This document shows positions 51,809 to 61,623 of a DNA stretch of 64,000 nt, piece after piece (the stretch's first letter is position 1; each line of letters begins with the position of its first letter). The DNA is from an uncultured delta proteobacterium (GTDB taxonomy: Bacteria > Desulfobacterota > WTBG01 > CAIYCZ01 > CAIRTM01). Location: positions 1 to 64,000 of the forward strand of contig CAWDSQ010000005.1 in assembly GCA_963804955.1 (NCBI GenBank). Direction: 5' to 3'. Both the position numbers and the translations under genes were made by a program. The notes under the pieces are model-generated. The model had not been told where the DNA came from, ran no database searches, and was given only the letters and a program-made list of their open reading frames with translations.

Positions 51809-52894
51809 TCACCCCTGGCTTGCCTGCACAATTGCAAGACCGGTATAGGTGGTAAAAAGCGCTTCCAGCATGGCCTTTAGTTCGGGATTGCGCGCGAAGG
51901 CCAGGCCCAGCATGCCGAGGGCTTCATTGGCTGCGCCGCGGGCCGCAGGCATTGTGATGGCGCCGGCAAGGGGCCCCCCCGTCAGCTCATCAAACGCAGC
52001 GGTGATGAGATCGGCTGCTTCCGGATTTCTCGCAATGGCTTCCAGCATCACACCCGCTGCCCGCATATACTCTGCCATGGCTGCGCCTGAGCGCTGGTCG
52101 GCAGCGCGTGCAGGTCCGCAAAACTGGCGCGCTGCGGCAACGAGCACCTGGGCAGCTTCGGGCTGCCTGGCAATGGGATCGCACAGGGCGCCAATGGCGG
52201 CAAACCTGGCGGCCCGCACAGCGGTGCTGTCCTTTGTGCTGTTGTCGTAAGCCCCCAGATAGGTAATGCCCAGTGCTGACAGCTGGCCGGCAAACTCCGG
52301 CTGCCGGGCAATGGATTCAAACAGAAGGCTTATGGCCCCCATGCGGGCAACCTTGCCCTGAGAGGCAGGGGGAGCAAGCTCGTCTATCGTGCCGCAGAAT
52401 AAAGCGGCAAGGCTGCTGAGCTCTGCAGCCGCTTCGGGCTGCCGGGCTGCGGCGTCAAACAGGGCTGCAATCGCCGCCATGCGCGCTGCCTGGCCCTGCG
52501 GGGTCAGATGCAGATAGGCTTTGGCTGTGCCGCTCGTTCCGAGCAGCAGCTGCGACATCCGGCCGGCTGCCTCGGGCTGGCGCGCCACATTTGCAAACAG
52601 GGCGGCGCAGGCCTCAAAGTGCGCAACCTGCACGCCTTCGTCGCGCGCCGCCAGTTTGCTTGTAAATTCGCCCAGCGTCGCCTGATATGATGCCAGGGTG
52701 GCATTGTCAAACACTTCCGGGTTGCGGGCAATGGCTTCCAGCAAGGGCGCCATGGCGGCTGAGCGGCCGCGCTGGGCAAGAACTTCGGCGTACAGGCCCC
52801 CGGCGGCATACGCAGCGCCATCACCAAAACCGGTCCAGCTCAACACCTGCAGCATCAGTAATAAGACAGCGCCCATTTGTATAGTTTTTTGCAT
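51809..52894 (-). CDS. secreted Ala-rich protein with seven AR(Q/N)PE repeats
   Basis: Signal peptide; ARNPE/ARQPE recurs seven times at ~46-aa spacing. Confidence 0.8.
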   Translation of the reverse strand: MQKTIQMGAVLLLMLQVLSWTGFGDGAAYAAGGLYAEVLAQRGRSAAMAPLLEAIARNPEVFDNATLASYQATLGEFTSKLAARDEGVQVAHFEACAALFANVARQPEAAGRMSQLLLGTSGTAKAYLHLTPQGQAARMAAIAALFDAAARQPEAAAELSSLAALFCGTIDELAPPASQGKVARMGAISLLFESIARQPEFAGQLSALGITYLGAYDNSTKDSTAVRAARFAAIGALCDPIARQPEAAQVLVAAARQFCGPARAADQRSGAAMAEYMRAAGVMLEAIARNPEAADLITAAFDELTGGPLAGAITMPAARGAANEALGMLGLAFARNPELKAMLEALFTTYTGLAIVQASQG

Positions 52895-53230
52895 GCAGAT
52901 CCTCCGTGTACACAGGGTTAATAAAAAATTATTTCAGTTGAGTGTAGTCACTATAAGGCAAGGGCAATCGTGTGTCAAACCGATTGCCTGCGGATAACTT
53001 CACCTATACCTTCAGCCTATGAGCCTTCCCTCTCCCCATGCCTGCGGTGAGCCCATCTTAACTTCTGAATTCTGACTCCTGGCTTCTGACTTCTGTTTTT
53101 CCGTTCGCCTTCTGTCCTTTCCGCAGTTTTGAATCTTGAATCCGGAATTTTGAATCTTTTTACTCCTCACTCCGAACTCCCAACACCGAACTTCATATCT
53201 CTGCCCCCCGCCCCCCGCCCCTTAACCAAT

Positions 53231-53474
53231 GCTAAGCTTTTTTAATAAAATAAAAAATACCATTGAATAAAACACAAATTAATGGTTTGATATTCAAACA
53301 TTTTGAACTTACCAAGGTTGCCTCTTGAAAAGTACGTTTATCATCTCCACCGATGCTGCAAATAAATTTCCACTGACACCTGAACCCCGAACCCTGGCCC
53401 CTAAAAAAAGCGTTGCGCATATAATTTGCGTGCTGGCGTACTTAAGAAAAACAGGCAGGGGAAAACGAAACAGG
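53231..53474. repeat. ~244-bp non-coding direct repeat, copy 1
   Basis: Co-linear with 60710-60952, with long shared blocks such as ccactgacacctgaaccccgaaccctggcccctaaaa. Confidence 0.9.
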
Positions 53475-53503
53475 CAAGTCCCTGATTATCTAAAAGGCCA
53501 TGT

Positions 53504-53899
53504 ATGACAACACAAGACACCCATTCCAAAACCATAGGGTATCTGCTCTGGATTTTCGGCTTTCTCGGCTCCCATCGTTTTTATTACGGCAGGCCGGTCA
53601 CCGGCACCATCTGGTTTTTTACCCTGGGCCTGCTCTTTATCGGCTGGATCATCGACCTATTCCTGATTCCGGGCATGGACCGGGAGGCGGACAGAAGATA
53701 CCGGGCAGGGCGAATTGATTATACCGTGAGCTGGATTCTGCTGACCTTCCTGGGAGTTTTCGGCATTCACCGCTTTTACATGGGCAAATGGGTCACGGGG
53801 CTGATCTATCTTTTCACCGGCGGCCTTTTTCTGGTGGGGTATTTGTATGATTACTGGACACTGAACGACCAGATCGACGAGATCAACTGCCGTCCGTAG
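53504..53899 (+). CDS. tandem TM2 (NINE) domain membrane protein
   Basis: Two G..G.HRFY.G...TG units. Confidence 0.9.
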   Translation: MTTQDTHSKTIGYLLWIFGFLGSHRFYYGRPVTGTIWFFTLGLLFIGWIIDLFLIPGMDREADRRYRAGRIDYTVSWILLTFLGVFGIHRFYMGKWVTGLIYLFTGGLFLVGYLYDYWTLNDQIDEINCRP

Positions 53900-54021
53900 T
53901 TTTGCAGGGTGGGCTATGCCCACCGACTAAAATGGTGGGGATACTTGAATTAATTCCCGAATAAAAATGGGATGGTGAATTTAACAGGTGACTGTCCCCA
54001 ATTATTTGAAAGGATGAACCC

Positions 54022-54624
54022 ATGATGATCAATGATCTCAGCATTTATTTTGCCAATCCTACCTTTATCGCGCTCATACTGCTGTCACTGTATTCGGTAA
54101 CCGTGATGATCAACCAGGCCTATTACCTGTTTTCAAACAGGGAAGAGATGCCCGAGCTGTTGCGGCTGCTTGAGGCCGGACGGGACGGGTACAAGGACCT
54201 TGCACCTTTCATGAGCGCAAAGGATACGCCCCACCGCAGACTGCTCAGGGCCGGGTACAGGCATATAGCGCAGCCCGTGGAAGCCCTGAGCGCCCTTCTT
54301 GCCGAGGAGACAAAGGGGCTGCGCTGGGAGGCGGAGCACCGGCTCGCAGCGCTCGGGACGATTGCAAACATCGCACCCTTCATCGGGCTGTTCGGCACGG
54401 TGATCGGGGTTATCCGCGCATTTGAGGCTATAGCGGTGAAGGCAAGCGCGGGCCCCTCGGTTGTGGCGGGCGGGATTGCCGAGGCGCTCATCTCGACCGC
54501 CGCGGGGCTGTTTGTGGCGGTGCCTGCGGTTATCGCCTACAACTACTTCCTGAAGCGCTCCCGCAGGCTCGGCCTTGAGCTTGAGCGCATCTCAACCATG
54601 ATAGCCCTTCAGGGAGGCAAATGA
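54022..54624 (+). CDS. MotA/TolQ/ExbB proton channel protein
   Basis: APFIGLFGTV.G.I.AF, GIAEAL.STA.GL.VA.PA...YN. Confidence 0.93.
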   Translation: MMINDLSIYFANPTFIALILLSLYSVTVMINQAYYLFSNREEMPELLRLLEAGRDGYKDLAPFMSAKDTPHRRLLRAGYRHIAQPVEALSALLAEETKGLRWEAEHRLAALGTIANIAPFIGLFGTVIGVIRAFEAIAVKASAGPSVVAGGIAEALISTAAGLFVAVPAVIAYNYFLKRSRRLGLELERISTMIALQGGK

Positions 54625-55079
54625 CCATGCATATAAAAACCACCACAGACACGCCGTTTTTAAGCGAGATCAACATGGTCCCCTTCATTGACGTGGCGCT
54701 GGTGCTGCTGATCATCTTCATGATCATTACCCCCGTCATGGTGATGAATTCCATCCAGGTGCAGCTCCCGCAGTCATCGTCGGTAAATCAGGTGCCGACA
54801 AAAAATATTATTATTACCGTAAAGACCGACGGAACCGTGTTTCTCAACAACGAGCAGGTCACCACGGGGCTGCTCGCCGACAAAATAACGCTGCTCATGG
54901 AGCAGCATCCCGAGTGCGCCGTGATTTATGCCGACCGGCAGGTTGCCGTCTCCCTGCTGGTGGATGTGATTGACCAGATTGAGGCAGGCGGCATGCACAG
55001 CATCAGCCTGACAACCGAGCGCAGGCAGCCGGCGCGGCCGGCAGCCCCGCGCGATCCCCGCGGCGCCAACAACTCATAA
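54621..55079 (+). CDS. ExbD/TolR family protein
   Basis: EINMVPFIDV.LVLLIIFMI.TP (channel Asp present). Confidence 0.93.
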   Translation: MTMHIKTTTDTPFLSEINMVPFIDVALVLLIIFMIITPVMVMNSIQVQLPQSSSVNQVPTKNIIITVKTDGTVFLNNEQVTTGLLADKITLLMEQHPECAVIYADRQVAVSLLVDVIDQIEAGGMHSISLTTERRQPARPAAPRDPRGANNS

Positions 55080-55092
55080 GGGAACTGCTATC

Positions 55093-56226
55093 ATGCTTTC
55101 CGGCACAACAACGGGCCAAAGCGGCAGGCCGCTGCGATCGCTTGCGCTGTCCTGCTGCATTCACGCCGTGCTTCTGCTGGCGCTGTGCAATCCAAACTGG
55201 GCCTTCCTGCGCAGTCACGGCGAGAAAGAGCCTCCGACCATATCCGTAATCGCCAAAAAGCAGAGCGAGCCCCTTTTCCAGCCTGCCGCTCCCCCGCAGG
55301 CGCTTGATGAGTTCCGGGTCAAGGGCACGGATGCTTTTGACGAGCTGAAGGCGGAAAAAAAGCAGGATGACCCGCTGCCGAAACTTGAAACATATGCCGC
55401 GGTTCCTGATGTGAAATTTACCCCGGATATACAGGTGCGCGAGGACGCTAACCTTGCCGGCGCTCCGACCCTTGACCGCACGCTGCTTGCGGCCCCAAAG
55501 GCCGGGGCGGACAGCATCGGCGCGCAGGGGCTGCCGTTCTACGGGGCGGGCGAAAAATTTTCAGGGTCATTCGCGCGCGATATTCAGGGCGTGCGGAAAA
55601 TGGGCCTTGATGTCGTCTTTATTTTTGACGCGACAAGCAGCATGGCTGAATTCCTGCGGCAGGTGAAGATAAAAATAGCAAACCTGGTGATGTCGTTCAA
55701 GACCCTTGTGCCCACAACGCGCATCGGCCTCGTGGCGTACCGCGACCGCGGCGATGACTTTGTGACAAAAGCATATCCGCTCACCCACAAGACCCAGCAG
55801 CTGCAGCAGTTTCTGCAGGGCATTGACCCGGTGGGCGGCAGCGACCGGGAGGAAGCCATGGACGAGGGGCTTCGCGTCGCCATCAACGAGTTTAACTGGG
55901 ACAAGAATTCAAAGAAGATAATCCTGATTATCGGCGATGCCCCCCCGCACCGGGAGGATATGAAGAAAACGTTCGACATGATCGCGAAGTTCAGAACTCA
56001 AATGGGCGGGATGGTGGCGGCCCTTGACACAAGCGTTCAAAGCAATCTGCAATCCGCATCAGGGGCAAGCCGGTCGGTCCTGCCGGAGTTCAGGCAGCTT
56101 GCCGAAGCCGGAGGCGGGGAGAGCGCGCGCATGGTTGATGAAGAAAAGGTGATCAAGCAGATGGTCGTGCTTGTATTCGGCACAAAATGGGAATCCTATC
56201 TTGATGAATTTCTGAAAAATTTATAG
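55093..56226 (+). CDS. vWA-domain protein with an N-terminal TonB/TolA-type anchor and Pro-rich linker
   Basis: LALSCCIHAVLLL (S-x3-H); DVVFIFDATSSM MIDAS-like motif, VAYRD, GG.D.EEA, IGDAPPH. Confidence 0.85.
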   Translation: MLSGTTTGQSGRPLRSLALSCCIHAVLLLALCNPNWAFLRSHGEKEPPTISVIAKKQSEPLFQPAAPPQALDEFRVKGTDAFDELKAEKKQDDPLPKLETYAAVPDVKFTPDIQVREDANLAGAPTLDRTLLAAPKAGADSIGAQGLPFYGAGEKFSGSFARDIQGVRKMGLDVVFIFDATSSMAEFLRQVKIKIANLVMSFKTLVPTTRIGLVAYRDRGDDFVTKAYPLTHKTQQLQQFLQGIDPVGGSDREEAMDEGLRVAINEFNWDKNSKKIILIIGDAPPHREDMKKTFDMIAKFRTQMGGMVAALDTSVQSNLQSASGASRSVLPEFRQLAEAGGGESARMVDEEKVIKQMVVLVFGTKWESYLDEFLKNL

Positions 56227-56244
56227 CAGCGGGGAAAGCTTAGC

Positions 56245-58774
56245 ATGAACAGTCCTGCGGCAGCTATCATACGGGCTTTAGCCGTAAGTTGCATGCTGGT
56301 GATCTGCCAGGGTGCATGGTCACCGGCGCTCCCGGGTGATGCGGGCAGCCTGAACATCGGGCGGCTGGGCTCACTTTCCGAAATAAAAAACGCCGTGAGC
56401 GTGCTGGAGTCAGGCTTCGCCGGGGTGAAAGCCCGGAACCAGCTGTCTTTTGACCTGCAGAAGCAGCTTGCACTAAAGTCGGGAGACTGCATCTCGCGGC
56501 TTGTGGAGCTGAGCCAGACGGCTGATATGACGCAGCCTGCGCACAAGGAGGGCTTTGCGGAGGCCTTTCTGAAAAACGGGGAGCTGCTGCGCGGCATGGT
56601 CAGCTACAACCAGGCGCGCATTGACACGGTGCTCGAGGAGCGGCCCGGCAGCGCGGAAGACAAAAGCGCCTTGTTCGCCTCTCCGGAATGGCGGCAGTCC
56701 CAGTATCTGATATCCCTTGCAAGCTACTGGCTGGGGTGGAACGGCTATTATGGCGGGCTTCTGTACCCTCAGTATTCACCCCCCCGCACTGACCGGCTGG
56801 AAGAGGCGATGTCCGGATTTTCGCGCGCCATGATGGATTTCGGGGAGCAGTCTGTTGTCAACCGGAGCCTGTTCGGCCGCGCGCTTTGCCTCAAGGAGCT
56901 GGGCCGACCCGAGAAGGCGCAGCAGGAGCTGCAGTCGCTGATGGCAAAGCTGTCGCGCGATGACGGCCTCTACAGCCAGGCAGGCTATGAGCGGGCCCTG
57001 ATCAGCTATCAGTCAGGGAAAAAAGAGCTCGCGGCAAAGCAGCTCCGGGAGCTGCAGGAAGGTGCCCGGCCCGGGGCCGCAGGGCAGGCGGTCAGGGAAA
57101 AAATTAAAAACCTGCAGACAACCATTGCCCTTGGCATAGCAGAAAAAAATACGGCTGCCCAGGCCGGCGGGGGCAAAGCGTCAGTGCTGGGACACGGTGC
57201 GGGAGCTTAAAAAAATCGCCGAGGCTGATCCGGCGCAGGCGGCGATACTGTACCGCTACGCGTTTGAGCATGCCCCCGAGCTTGGCGATATGGCGGATGC
57301 AGAGCTCGGCGGCATGGGAGCGATGGGCCGTGCCGACTGGCATTTCGATAAAAAGCAGTACGCCCGGGCAGCCGAGCAGTACCGGCGCCTGTACAGAGCG
57401 CCGGACGCAATCGGCAAAAGCCATTTTGATGATGTCTGCTTTCGGCTGGCGTATTGCCTGTCGCAGCAGGGGGAGTGGCAGGAAGCTCTGGCCTGTCTCG
57501 AGGCCCTGTTTGCAAAAAGCCCCACATCATCCTTCGGCGGCAAAGCAGCCTGCCTGTATTACGCGGTTGCGGCCCGCCTGTACAAGGCAAGCCCCGCAGA
57601 GGCAACCTATGGCCGCTACATCAAGGCGGCCGAGTGCTACGTGAATAACTGCCCTGACGGGCAGGATAAAAGCGAAGCGCATTTCCAGCTCGGGCAGTAT
57701 TATCAGCACAAAAACAGGACCGCGGAGGCGCTGCGGGAGTTTTCGCTGGTAAAAAACGATTCCTCCCATTTTGCCGGGGCGCAGAAGGCCGGGCGCGCAT
57801 CAGAGGCAGATTTGCTGCAGGCAAAAAGTGAAAAGCTCAAGGAGCTTGAGCGCCAGGGCAGGGGAACATCAGATGAGGCGCTGCAGCTGTACCGGGAGAC
57901 CGTCAGGCAGGCGGAGAAGTGGTACAAACAGTCGGGAGCAACCTCGGATGCCGCGGGAAGCATCGACAGCGATGCGCGCCTGGCATGCCTGCTGGCGCGG
58001 CTGTATGTGCGCGGGCCTGAGCCGGACTGTAAAAAGGCGCTGCCGCTGCTGCAGGGCTTTGAAAGCAGGTTTCCGGTTACCCGGCAGCGCGAGCTTTTGT
58101 ACGGCATGGTAAAAAAAATGCGGCTTGAATGCCTGCTGCAGCTGCACATGCTTGCCGAGGCAGAGCGCGAGATCGGCGCCATCGCAGGCGGCCTCTCCCT
58201 TGACCGGGAGACCGTGTCGTTTGTGCTTGATCTGGCTGACAAATATTACACGCTGGCAAAGGATGCAGGCAACGCTGCGCAGGCTGCGGAAAATGCGCAG
58301 ACTGCACTTGCCGTTTATAAAAAACTGGGCGCCAGTATTGCGGCAAACGGCGCCTTCAGGGAGCTTGCAGCGCCTGTTGAGCTGCGGCTAGCCGAGCTGT
58401 ACGCCGCGACCGGCCAGCCCGAACCGGCTGAAGCGCTGTACCGCAGGAGGCTTGCGGAGGAACCCGCATCAGCGGAGGCGATATATAAGCTGGGCCTGAT
58501 CTATGAGCAGCAGGACAAGTGGCAGGATGCCTTTGACACGTGGCTGCGGTTTTCTCAGGGCCTGGCGCCGGGAAGCGCGCAATGGTTTGAAGCGCGCTAC
58601 CGCGAGGCGGACGCGCTGTCGCGGCTCGGCAGGCAGGCTGATGCCTGCCAGGTGATAGGGGCAACAAAAACGAAATATCCTGATTTCGGGAATGGCGGCT
58701 ACCGCGAGAAATTTATGAGCCTTGCCGTCAGGATATGCGCCGGAGGGGCAGCAGTGGCGCCGGTGAAACCGTGA
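56245..58774 (+). CDS. large secreted TPR protein (apparent frameshift near 57190)
   Basis: ORFs 56245-57210 and 57197-58774 are both TPR-like helical repeats; N-terminal signal peptide. Confidence 0.75.
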
Positions 58775-58787
58775 AAGGAGACCGGGT

Positions 58788-60470
58788 ATGTTCAGCGCAA
58801 CAAGAAAAAAAATATTTTTTGCAGTGCCGGCTGCTATTCTGCTGCTGCAGGGCTGCGGGGTGCTGTTCTTCACGGATGAGGACTTTGCGCGCAACAGACG
58901 TGAAAATGACACGGCTCAGTTTTCGCCATACCAGCACAGCAATACTGTCGAGGCCTACCGGGAGTTCATCGCGAAGTATCCCAAAAACATGTACCTTGAA
59001 ACGGCCTTGGACCAGATAGACAACCTGGAGTTTGCGCCCTATGAAAAGGCCGATACGATCGAGGCCTATACGCAGTTCGTGGCGCGGTATCCCGGCAACC
59101 GGCATGCCGTTACAGCCAGAGGCCGGATCGACCAGGCCACCATAAAGGACTGCGAGCGCCTCGACACCATAGAGGCCTACCGGCAGTTTCTGGAGAAGCA
59201 TTCAGGCAACATCTTTGCGCAGACCGCGCAGGACCGCTTGCAGGACCTCGAGTTTCGCGAGCTTGCGCAGAAACTGCAGCAGCAGTACGGGTTTGATCTG
59301 CTGCTGTACCGGCTGCATGTCAAGCGCCTGCAGCCTGAGCTTCCGAATAGAGCAGGCATCAGCCTTGGGGACTTCACCCTGTTTGCTTCGCTGGTGCCGG
59401 TGCAGGGGAAGCAGTATTTGAAATCGCACCTTATCTACAGCGCGGACCTTGCTGCCTTAGCCCGGGCTCCGGCAGCGCAGCAGGAGCAAATTTTTGACGC
59501 TCTGATTTCACCGCTCATCGGCTGCCTTGCCCGCCAATTCCCCTCACCACGGGGCATAGAGGGGTTCAGCTTTGCCCTTGCCCGGTCCGGCCAGCGGTTT
59601 TACGGCAATGAAAAGACGGCCCTGGAATACGCGTTCCCGGCGCGGGAGGCCCTCCTGTTTGCGCAAAACAAATGCGACCGCTCCCGTCTTTTTGCGCAGG
59701 CTGCAATCAGGCAGACGCTGACAGCGGAGGAAAAACCGCAGGCCGGCCGCGCCGCGGTGAAGATCGAGGGCGGAGCTGTTATGGAAAAATCCGCCGCGCT
59801 CCGGCGGGCAAGCGACTTCACCATGTCCGCGACCTGGAAGCGGGTGAGCACGGACGGCACGGCGCATGAAATGAAGACGGTCGGAAAGTGGAAGGATTTC
59901 AAGGGCTCGGGCGGCTACAGCGCTAAATCCGTTATCAACTATGTGTACAGCCAGAGGAGCCTCTATGCCGAGGCTATTCTGACCGCCACAGATACCGGCG
60001 GCAACCGGCAGTACTGGTACATATTTTCAAAAGGGGATGCGGGCCGGACTCCGGATATCGACAATTACCGCCCCCCGGCGGAGCGGGATTTCCCGCTGGC
60101 TGAGTTTGCAGAAACGCCGGTCGATAAGGAGCGGCATCAGTACGCGGGGGCCGCCCCCTGCGGCAGCGGGCAGTGTTATGTGGTGCACAGCACGCCTGAG
60201 CCCGGAGTAGCGCCCTATGGCAAGAAGACCAGCTTTATCGATCAGCAGACGCTGCTTCCCGTAAAGATCGAGTATTACGACACAAGCGGGGCGCTGTGGA
60301 AGACGGCTCACCTTACCTGGCAGGAAACCGGCGGGGTCTGGTTCTGGCAGCGTGCGGTGATTGAAAATGCGCCAAGCGGAGCCGTGACAACCATCGTGGT
60401 TACGGAGGTTAAGGCAAACACGGGCCTTGCCTACAGCGAGTTCACCCCCGGAGTGCTCATGAGGCATTAG
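58788..60470 (+). CDS. lipoprotein with three helical repeats and a C-terminal LolA-like (lipoprotein-sorting) domain
   Basis: Lipobox LQGC; three copies of (N/D)TxEAYxxF...Y/HxxN; C-terminal CYVV.STP...YGK....ID...LLP.KIEYYD..G.LWK...F. Confidence 0.78.
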   Translation: MFSATRKKIFFAVPAAILLLQGCGVLFFTDEDFARNRRENDTAQFSPYQHSNTVEAYREFIAKYPKNMYLETALDQIDNLEFAPYEKADTIEAYTQFVARYPGNRHAVTARGRIDQATIKDCERLDTIEAYRQFLEKHSGNIFAQTAQDRLQDLEFRELAQKLQQQYGFDLLLYRLHVKRLQPELPNRAGISLGDFTLFASLVPVQGKQYLKSHLIYSADLAALARAPAAQQEQIFDALISPLIGCLARQFPSPRGIEGFSFALARSGQRFYGNEKTALEYAFPAREALLFAQNKCDRSRLFAQAAIRQTLTAEEKPQAGRAAVKIEGGAVMEKSAALRRASDFTMSATWKRVSTDGTAHEMKTVGKWKDFKGSGGYSAKSVINYVYSQRSLYAEAILTATDTGGNRQYWYIFSKGDAGRTPDIDNYRPPAERDFPLAEFAETPVDKERHQYAGAAPCGSGQCYVVHSTPEPGVAPYGKKTSFIDQQTLLPVKIEYYDTSGALWKTAHLTWQETGGVWFWQRAVIENAPSGAVTTIVVTEVKANTGLAYSEFTPGVLMRH

Positions 60471-60709
60471 GACCCGGCAGAGGCCGCTGCAGGTGCATTA
60501 GACGTATAAAGCAGAACGGGCAAAATCTTCTCGTCATGCCGAATGCCGGCGCCGGCCCCTACTCCAAACTCCCAACCCCTGAGTCAGAATCATCTGATGC
60601 TCCTAACACCGAACTCCGAACTTCATATCCCTGCCCCGCCTGAACTCTTCACCTTATCCTACAGTCTAACAGCCTATAGCCTACAGCCTCTCTAAAATAC
60701 TTAATGGAG

Positions 60710-60952
60710 GCTAAGCTTTTTAGCTAATTATAAAAAATGTATTGTATAAAACACAAAACAATGGTTTGATATTCAAACATTTCGAACTACCCTGGGGGCT
60801 TCGTGAAAAGTAAGTTTATCATCTCCATCGCTGCTGCAAATAAATTACCACTGACACCTGAACCCCGAACCCTGGCCCCTAAAACAAGCGCTGCGCATAT
60901 ATTTGCGTGCTGGCGTACTTAAAGAAAAACAGGCGGGGGAAAACGAAACAGG
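60710..60952. repeat. ~244-bp non-coding direct repeat, copy 2
   Basis: Co-linear with 53231-53474. Confidence 0.9.
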
Positions 60953-60969
60953 GAAGATAAGTAGTAGGC

Positions 60970-61248
60970 CTTCACATTTGATTTTGTAGGCCCCCTCACC
61001 CCAACCCTCTCCCACCAGAGGCTGTGTCGCAATTGATTTATTAATGTCATTTCGAATCCGCCGCAGGCGGTGAGAAATCTTAAGCCCTTGATTTTACTTA
61101 CTACAAAGATCTCTCCCTTCGGTCGAGATGACAGCAAAGTTAATTGCGACACAGTCTCCCAGGGGAGAGGGAGACAACAATTTTCCCCTCCCTTGATGGG
61201 AGGGGATTAAGGGGAGGGTGATCGCAACTGATAAATTCAAATGTGATG
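60970..61248. mobile_element. MITE-like element (same ends as 11853-12072) carrying nested insertions
   Basis: cttcacatttga...gcaactgataaattcaaatgtgatg. Confidence 0.65.
61018..61158. mobile_element. 141-bp MITE with 17-bp terminal inverted repeats and a CCA target duplication
   Basis: cca|gaggctgtgtcgcaatt...aattgcgacacagtctc|cca. Confidence 0.75.
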
Positions 61249-61321
61249 ATCCAGTAGCCTCGACAGAAATTAAGGGGGTAACTAGGGGACGTTGTTGACT
61301 TTGTTGAATTGTGAGAACATC

Positions 61322-61458
61322 GGAAAGCCGTGTGCGGGAGAACCGCATGCACGGTTTGATGAGGGAGGGCTGAAGCATCCGCGTCCTTGATTTCGTAGTA
61401 GTCGCGTGCGAAGAAATGACTTCAAGAATGCGAGGTTGCTGTCAGCTCTCTACTCTAC
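61322..61458 (+). ncRNA. group II intron 3' remnant (domains V and VI)
   Basis: aagccgtgtgcgggagaaccgcatgcacggttt (D5 with AGC triad), then gagggctga...tcagctctctactctAC (D6 and 3' end); no RT ORF upstream. Confidence 0.85.
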
Positions 61459-61623
61459 CTAATTTCCATAATTTCTTCATAATTTCCAATTTCTTCATGC
61501 GCTTGACGATAGAGGAAGCTTTGACGCTGGCAAACTTTTTGTCCGGATAGACAAGGGCGGTTTCTGTTCTGTGCACTGAAAAATAAAAGGCCGGGGTTTT
61601 TACACCCCGGCCGACAACATGGC

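Noticed and set aside
53030..53220. CRISPR array or coding repeat in the heptamer-rich pyrimidine tract (also 60560-60690)
   Set aside because: Degenerate 7-nt tandem units with no constant repeat-spacer periodicity and no cas genes.
53284..53299. FNR/CRP box in GTTTGATATTCAAAC
   Set aside because: Half-site spacing is shorter than TTGAT-N4-ATCAA; kept only as an unassigned palindrome.
61094..61378. ORFs over the MITE/intron region (also 6016-6297, 8495-8902, 21804-22175)
   Set aside because: Translations of palindromic repeat elements rather than genes.
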